From: Lingula anatina
Lineage: Eukaryota; Animalia; Brachiopoda
DNA length: 64,000 bases
NCBI GenBank assembly: GCA_051362555.1
Contig: JBPQGU010000016.1
Location: 682,001 to 746,000, forward strand
Direction of reading: 5' to 3'
The notes under the pieces were generated by a model. That model had not been told where the DNA came from and did not search any database. It was given only the letters and a program-made list of their open reading frames with translations. The position numbers were made by a program, and so were the translations under genes. Each line of letters begins with the position of its first letter. Positions within the stretch are counted from its first letter, which is position 1. Below are positions 56,285-64,000 of the stretch, piece after piece.

Positions 56285-56314
56285 TCAATAACAAAGAACA
56301 CCAGCATCTTCACC
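56285..56314 (-). pseudogene. Last 10 codons of an SRCR exon from a vanished paralogue
   Basis: GGT GAA GAT GCT GGT GTT CTT TGT TAT TGA encodes GEDAGVLCY*, followed by sequence resembling the 3' flanks of E and F. Confidence 0.75.
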
Positions 56315-56319
56315 ACCCT

Positions 56320-57180
56320 CTGAGCCTTTGGACCTGCAGCTTTAAAAGATATTTCACCGTAGGTCTTTAATCGCATTTTTACTGGGTTGAGTAGCAATTG
56401 GTCTACAGACCGCAGATTTCGCATTGGAACATAGTGACTGACTAATTCATTGATGTAGATTGGTGTCAATCCATAAAAAGCATCGTGAGTAAAAACCAAA
56501 AATTTGAATAAACTTCTGGCTTGTAGAGGTAGCCAGTGTAAACTTTTTAAAACTGGGGAGATATATATACTTGTGGATGTCCGAGTTAATAATCTGGCCG
56601 AAATATTTTGAATGCGCTGCAGTCTAGCAATTTCTTTCTTTGGACAACCGTATAAAATGGAGTTGCAGTAATCTAATCGAGATGTAACTAAACTATTTAT
56701 AACTGTGGCTGCAGCAGAGTCAGAAAACTGATTGCGAATTGCACTTATGTTCCTAATGTTAAAAACCGCTGACCTGCATACACTGGCAATATGTTTTTCA
56801 TACAGTGATCCATCTAAAAATACACCAAGATTTTTTGCTTGAGGTTTTGGCTTAATAATGCTTGATCCAATTATGAGCTGAATTTGTTGTGCTATCATAC
56901 GATTATGTGGCTGACTTATTACCAAACGTTCAGACTTTCCATCGTTAATTTTCAACTTATTACTAATCAGCCACCCGCGAAGATCATCAATACATTCAGA
57001 CAATATATCAATAGATTCATTTGGATTTTCTAGATTGCAACAAGTAAAAATCTGTGTGTCATCAGCATAAATATGATAGCAAATGTTATGATGCCTTAGT
57101 ATGGTCCCAATTGGTAAGGTATACATGCAAAAAACAAGAGGTCCTAGAACACTGCCTTGTGGCACACCAAAAGCTGTCTC
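56320..57180 (-). mobile_element. Non-LTR retrotransposon reverse transcriptase fragment (L2/CR1 group), truncated at both ends
   Basis: 296-aa ORF with [24 protein letters not shown] and LHWLP motifs. Confidence 0.92.
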
Positions 57181-58745
57181 TGAAACATTTACATGCTATC
57201 TACGGTTCCAAACACAGTTGACCGACCGGTATGCTTGCTACTTGCTACACACACCCAAAACCACGTGACTGAGTACTGTTCACATAACTAAGAGTGACCA
57301 CAGGGTTATGTGACTTGGAGCACTAACACGCACTAAAGCTCCAGTAGCCGTTTTTCCTTCTGGCTTATCAGGGAAATTCTAAGGAATTGAAATAAGTTTA
57401 AAAACAATGCAGAATAAAGGGCGATGGTCAACTGTTTTTGTGGGTGAACATCAGATTAACATGAAATGCGTCTAAACTATTCACCTTTCGCACTTTTATT
57501 GACTCACTTGTGTCACGTCACACATACTAATTAACGCTCGAAAATTGTCACCTTGATTGGTTACTGAGTCTAAGAACCCTAGAAAATACTTTGAAAGCCA
57601 CTTTTCAGTCTATTATAATAAAACAACATCAAAGAATTTTAAACACATTTGATAAAATCGATATATGCTCGCTATAGTAGTTTATACTATATATGTATTT
57701 ATTAATGTAGGTACATTGAGTTTTTTTCCGAAAATACACAAAATCGTAGTAACTGAAATACATTTAATTAAAAGGATTTGTTATTCACATTCAAGTCATT
57801 CCTAAATGTGTATCATAAGGCACTTTTCAAAGAGAAATGGAATTAAGTCAAGTAAAATGAAATAATTTGATATCATATATTATTAATGAGACCCCATTCC
57901 TTATTATCCAATGCAATTGACAGTTACGTGTACTTTTTAAGGCATAATTCTGTGCTATAATAAAAGTATGTCTTATTATGGTAACCTTAACTTAAAACTT
58001 CTTAAATAATAATGCGATGTGGAACATAAATTATTTTTAAAAAAATGTTTAAACGGTGCGACTTAACTGTCTTTAAAACTAATAAACTTGTCTGAATTCT
58101 AATACTTATTACTAACTCTCATTCTAAGTAATAACAGAGTTACTACAAATGGATTGGCGGAGCCCGAGTGAAACGCCTAAAAAGGAAAGAGTTTAAAGAC
58201 GATGGCCTGGTCACGGGGCGACTAGGTATTTTCTCGTGCTTTCATATTATAGATAAGTATCCGTTTTGGATAGGGCAGAGAACCTGTCACTTAATTGTAA
58301 AGGAAGATTGAGACCCCATCTTTCCCACATCTAGGTCTGGCTCCTTTGGCTGATACCTACATGTAGCTGTCTGACAAGTTACGCTATCAGCCTATTGGAT
58401 AAATGAAACTCGTGCTTCCGTTGATGATTGGTGGTTCATTATTTTGATATTAAAAATATTTTTTGTCTTTACTGTATCCCAGTTACGGGATATTTTGTCC
58501 CGATACGTGATACATAAAATCCTACTGCATATTGATTCTGACATAGCATTAAATGTACTGATCTTTAAACCTGACAAAAGTTATTAATTTTACATAACCG
58601 AGTATCAATAAGACACAAATTGAAAAATCATTGTTATTCATCTGATAACAATATGGTGCCAAACTTTTGTCTTTCTCTCTCTTTATTTGGTCCAGTCAGC
58701 TGAAAGAGTTGACACATTTTCAACAGATTGTTCTAATATGTATCT

Positions 58746-61700
58746 TCAATAACAAATATCTCCAGCGTCTTCACTGTGACTACAGTCGTGACTCTCCCAA
58801 CCATTGTGAGAACATGATGCAATGTTGGATTCTGATCCTGTGCAGTGGACATTGTCCAACCATATGGTTCCATTACCTTGTCCAAAATATGCTCTTTGTA
58901 TGCCGAGTGCTCTGGAATAGGGAAGACCTAAGGACCTGCAGAAAACTCTGGCATCAGTGTTATCCCATCCGTCATCGCAAACTGTTCCCCAGACTCCATT
59001 ATGGTACACTTCAACTCTACCACTGTACTTTCCATTAGCAATTTTTCCAAAAAGACGATACAGGGAACGGTACAGCAAATCTGAAATGTTCAATGAAAAC
59101 CTATTTAAAGAGTGAGTATTTCAGTAATGATCCACTAATGCACGTGCACGCAAACGTGAGTGCATGGGCATCATGTGTGTGTGTGTATGTAGGTGTGTGT
59201 GTGTGTGTGAAAGAGAGTTATTTTTCATGATATGAATGAAATGTAGTTTTAAAATTTTGCACAGATTATCATTTAACTGTCATTCATAATCCCCTAAAAT
59301 TCTTTTAACGTCAGCATTATGTATCATTTTACCCACATTCTGACGAAACGGATGAAATCAATAAATGTATTCCAAGACACTGCCCGAACCTGATTCACAA
59401 TTCCTGCCGGTATACCCAGAACGGCAGCTGCAAGAATACGTAGATGTTTGACTTCTACACGTGGCGCCATTTCGGCAGGGCTGGTTGCGACAATGGTCTC
59501 TAACTGTATCAAAAATGACAACGCACTGACAATGTTGATCAATGTAGTGTCATTGGAAATGCCCCAATGCCATTAACGGGGTGACCGATAAAGATATTTA
59601 CGATTCGTCCTTCACCCCTGAGTTCACCAAACCTAGTGAGGCCACTGCCTAAATACATATACTATGCTCAAATGTATACGCACTAAGAGGTTTCATACGT
59701 AATAATATATATTCACATAGAATATTGGATATAGGACAACCTATTTAAAGTCAAAAAAGGTTCAAGGAGAATTTTAAACACTTACCTTGGCAGTTTGTCC
59801 CGTAGTACCCGGCAGAACAGAAACATCGATAAGAATTCACCATGTCAACACACGTTCCACCATTTTGACAAGGACGACTGGAGCATTCATCGATTCCTAA
59901 AATTATAAAATGATATTGTATTAACAGAAAATAGTGCACGGAAACTGTCTTATCCCAGTCGTCATCGGAAACAGTTCCCCAACTACCATTATGATACGCT
60001 TCAACTCTTTCATCTTATTTGCCATTGATATTTATTCCAACATGACTGTACAGGTGACGGGACACAAAAGCTGGAATATTCAAACAAAACATGTTGAAAG
60101 AGTATTTCAGCAATGATCCACTTATGGACGGGCACGCAAACGTGAATGCACACGCACGCGTGTGTGTCAGAAAGAGTGATATTTTTTCATGATATGATTG
60201 AAATATAGTTTTCAAAATTCGCATAGCCTAACATGTGACAATTTATAATCAACTTTATTTTTTTACGTCAGCATTATAGGTAAATCATTTTACCAACACT
60301 CTGACAAAACGGATGGAATCAATGAAGTTATTCCTACACGCTGCCCGAACCTGATTCACAATTCCTGCCGGTATACCCAGAGCGGCAGCTGCAAAAATAC
60401 GTGGAGGTTTGGCTCCTACACGTGGAGCCATTTCGGCAGGGCTGGTTGCGACAATGGTCTCTAACTGTAACAAAAATGACAACGCACTGACAATGTTGAT
60501 CAATCTAGTGTCATTGGAAATGCCCCAATGCCATTAACGGGGTGACCGATAAAGATATTTACGATTCGTCCTTCACCCCTGAGTTCACCAAACTTAGTGA
60601 GGCCACTGCCTAAATACATATACTATGCTCAAATGTATACGCAGTAAGAGGTTTCATACGTAATAATATATATTCATATAGAATATTGGGTATAGGACAA
60701 CCTATTTGAAGTTAAAAAAGGTTCAAGGAGAATTTCAAACACTTACCTTGGCAGTTTGTCCCGTAGTACCCGGCAGAACAGAAACATCGATAAGAATTCA
60801 CCATGTCAACACACGTTCCACCATTTTGACAAGGACGACTGGAGCATTCATCGATTCCTAAAATTATAAAATGATATTGTATTAACAGAAAATAGTGCAC
60901 GGAAACTTTCTTATCCCAGTCGTCATCGGAAACAGTTCCCCAACTACCATTATGATACGCTTCAACTCTTTCATCTTATTTGCCATTGATATTTATTCCA
61001 ACATGACTGTACAGGTGACGGGACACAAAAGCTGGAATATTCAAACAAAACATGTTGAAAGAGTATTTCAGCAATGATCCACTTATGGACGGGCACGCAA
61101 ACGTGAATGCACACGCAAGCGTGTGTGTCAGAAAGAGTGATATTTTTTCATGATATGATTGAAATATAGTTTTCAAAATTCGCATAGCCTAACATGTGAC
61201 AATTTATAATCAACTTTATTTTTTTACGTCAGCATTATAGGTAAATCATTTTATCAACACTCTGACAAAACGGATGGAATCAATGAAGTTATTCCTACAC
61301 GCTGCCCGAACCTGATTCACAATTCCTGCCGGTATACCCAGAGCGGCAGCTGCAAAAATACGTGGAGGTTTGGCTCCTACACGTGGAGCCATTTCGGCAG
61401 GGCTGGTTGCGACAATGGTCTCTAACTGTAACAAAAATGACAACGCACTGACAATGTTGATCAATCTAGTGTCATTGGAAATGCCCCAATGCCATTAACG
61501 GGGTGACCGATAAAGATATTTACGATTCGTCCTTCACCCCTGAGTTCACCAAACTTAGTGAGGCCACTGCCTAAATACATATACTATGCTCAAATGTATA
61601 CGCAGTAAGAGGTTTCATACGTAATAATATATATTCATATAGAATATTGGGTATAGGACAACCTATTTGAAGTCAAAAAAGGTTCAAGGAGAATTTTAAA

Positions 61701-62614
61701 CACTTACCTTGGCAGTTTGTCCCGTAGTACCCGGCAGAACAGAAACATCGATAAGAATTCACCATGTCAACACACGTTCCACCATTTTGACAAGGACGAC
61801 TGGAGCATTCATCGATTCCTAAAATTAAAAAGATATTATAGTAACAAAAAATTAATGCACGGAAACTTTGGCATCCCTGTTATCCCAGTCTTCACCTCAA
61901 ACAGTTCCCCAACTTCCATTATGATACACTTAAACTCTTCCACCGTATTTGCCTTTGATATTTGTTCCAACAAGACGGTGCGGGCGACGGGGCACAAACG
62001 TTGGAATATTCTAGCAAAACATGTTTAAATAGTATTTCAGTAATGTTCCAATTATGCAGGTGCACGCAAACGTGAATGCATGCTTGTGTGTGTGTGTGTG
62101 TGTGTGTGTGTGTCAGAGAGAGTCATGTTTTTATGATAAGATGGAAAATAGTTTTCAAATTTTGCATACCCTAACATGTGACCATTTATAATTCACTTGT
62201 ATTCTTTTTACGTCAGCATTAAATATCATTTTACCTAAACTCTGAAAACACGGATGAAATCAATTACTGAAAATACTGCAAGAAATTATTTAATAAAAAA
62301 TAGTAATTTTGCAAGCGAAGCAATGTTACCAATGGCTGTACTCGCTCTAAGAAGAAGTTTTCCAATTGGCTTTTCTAAAGCAGAAACCCATGTAAAGTTT
62401 TCATTGGTCTTGTTGCAATGAAAAATACGCCAGTATTAACTTAAGTCCGGCTGATTTAAAATATCATAGTTTTGTCATTTGTTATCATAAGATATCCTAC
62501 CGAACTGGCAGTATGTTCCTGTAAAACCACCAGGACAAGTGCAGTGAAATCCACCATAGCTGTTTTGACAGGTGGCGCCAAGGGCACATGGGCTATTATA
62601 GCATTCGTTTATAT
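58746..62614 (-). CDS. Copy F, 3' part of an EGF/SRCR receptor (5' exons lie beyond the right edge)
   Basis: Exons b 62614-62501, c 61818-61708, d 61425-61312, c 60857-60747, d 60464-60351, c 59896-59786, d 59503-59390, SRCR 59080-58746. All are open and phase 1. Confidence 0.82.
59100..62270. repeat. 961-bp tandem repeat, about 3.3 units, each with EGF c and d exons and a broken SRCR 5' half
   Basis: Exact 961-nt offsets (59390/60351/61312 and 59786/60747/61708), and the inner units are nearly identical. Confidence 0.92.
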
Positions 62615-64000
62615 CTGCAATGAAACCAAATGAATATGTACCTAAGGCTTTATTTTACATTTCATTCTAATTTTGCTTTTTTTCGCCCTAATTATTAGTC
62701 CCTTTTTAAAAATCATTCAGATGTTATTCAAAATTATGTACCTTTTCCAAAACGATTTTGATTAAATTAACGATTTAGGAGACCTTCTCAGTAAGCATTA
62801 AGCTTTCCCTGTAGAAATACCGGAAAGTGGTGAAACACGGATTTTCTTGAAATTGATACATGTGAAGGAACCTTAAAAAACATGTACACATCTTAAAGGA
62901 AACTGCTGAAAACATTTGATTTCCATGACAACCGCATTTAAAGTTTAAAATGCCCAAATCAAACCTTTTTCACCCATATACATGAAGAGAATGCATAAAA
63001 TTGATAAATAACTGTGGTTTCATTAACTGGGCTTTATAATTCATTAGATTTACTGAAAATGCTCCAGTAATTTTTTCTTGTTTTGAGAAAAAATTAACAG
63101 TTTTTAAATACAAAATGTGTCAACTTTGAAGCTGATTTTATCCCAAGGTCCACAAGTTTGATGTAAATCACTTATGATTCCAATTAGACAAGTTTTCTTC
63201 TTCTACATTAAATACATTTTGTAGCAATAGATTAACAAACATTTAACATGCATTCAAAGCCATTTTGTCGTAAGAAAAGCCAGTCCATGTGCAGCTCTTT
63301 TGGCGTTGGAAATGGAAAAGTTATGAACACTCTTTGGAGGGAAAGTTGATCTAATTCAATGACCTGAAATTGTTTGCATGGTAAAGATGGGCAAGTCTGG
63401 TAAGTGTATCATAATTATTATTCATTTTAAAATCTTATTAGAAATATTTTGGTGTTCTTGGATAATTGCTTTTTTTTTAAATTAAAACTGTTTCTTATTA
63501 CTGGGCCTTTATCCATGTACAGTTACAATGTTTGAATGTTGTCCAACTGAAATAATTGAATTAACTGAACATGTTTATTACTCTACTGCCTATTGATAAA
63601 AAGTTTCTGGCGCTGTTGTATAAGTACCTTTTATTTTTCAACATAAATGTAGAACCGTGGTGCACCTGCCTGGTTGGAATATACGAGGGTTGATTGATAA
63701 GTAGTGAGCCTCATATATCTGAAAGCATGAAGTGTCCTGTGTGAAAGTCCGATGTGAATCCGTCGACTGGAGAGTGGATGGAGACAAATCGGCTCAAAGT
63801 TCAGTGAAAGTGTCCGATGAAATCCCACAGTAATTACGATGCAAGTTCCAGTAGAAAATATGAGTGTCGGTTCAGTGGTAAATAGGTTCCAAAAAAAATA
63901 TTCTCCTTCAAAAGTCCCAAAACAAAACTCAGTCTCCTATCCGTTCATACTCCCAGCGTCTGTCTAAACTAACGCTCTCGAGATACTCATGCTCTCGCGA

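Noticed and set aside
16687-59093. One long DMBT1-like multi-SRCR gene
   Set aside because: Each SRCR exon ends in a stop codon, and each complete unit has its own start and TM exons.
152-62028. Calling the EGF ORFs Notch, Delta, Crumbs or fibropellin
   Set aside because: The similarity is generic. No DSL, LNR, ankyrin, laminin-G, CUB or avidin exons are seen, and the topology is type II with a terminal SRCR.
59100-62270. CRISPR-like or satellite interpretation of the periodic repeats
   Set aside because: The context is eukaryotic, and the units are exon-containing duplications without a repeat-spacer structure.
63631-63828. 65-aa minus-strand ORF near the right edge
   Set aside because: It has no EGF or other recognisable motif and is probably intronic repeat sequence within copy F.

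Overview
AT-rich, intron-containing animal DNA, probably a marine invertebrate; the taxon cannot be fixed from sequence alone. The window is dominated by a minus-strand tandem array of six paralogous genes, here called A-F (A is cut by the left edge, F by the right edge). Splicing the exons by hand gives one architecture: a 5' non-coding exon, a micro-exon with 16 coding nt, a 345-348 nt exon encoding a Tyr-motif cytoplasmic tail and a signal-anchor TM helix, a variable number of phase-1/1 EGF exons of four types (a-b-c-d), and one terminal exon encoding a 6-Cys SRCR domain. This is a type II membrane receptor resembling class A scavenger receptors, but with an EGF stalk and an ITIM-like tail. 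D is fully intact. B and E are open if a predicted alternative splice site is used. C carries several nonsense lesions and a Tyr-to-Phe change in the ITIM-like motif. F has a recent 961-bp exon-pair triplication. Remnants of further lost copies, 5'-end homogenisation between A and B, templated repair insertions and many transposon relics point to a rapidly turning-over, probably immune-type receptor cluster. All gene models are manual predictions without transcript data.
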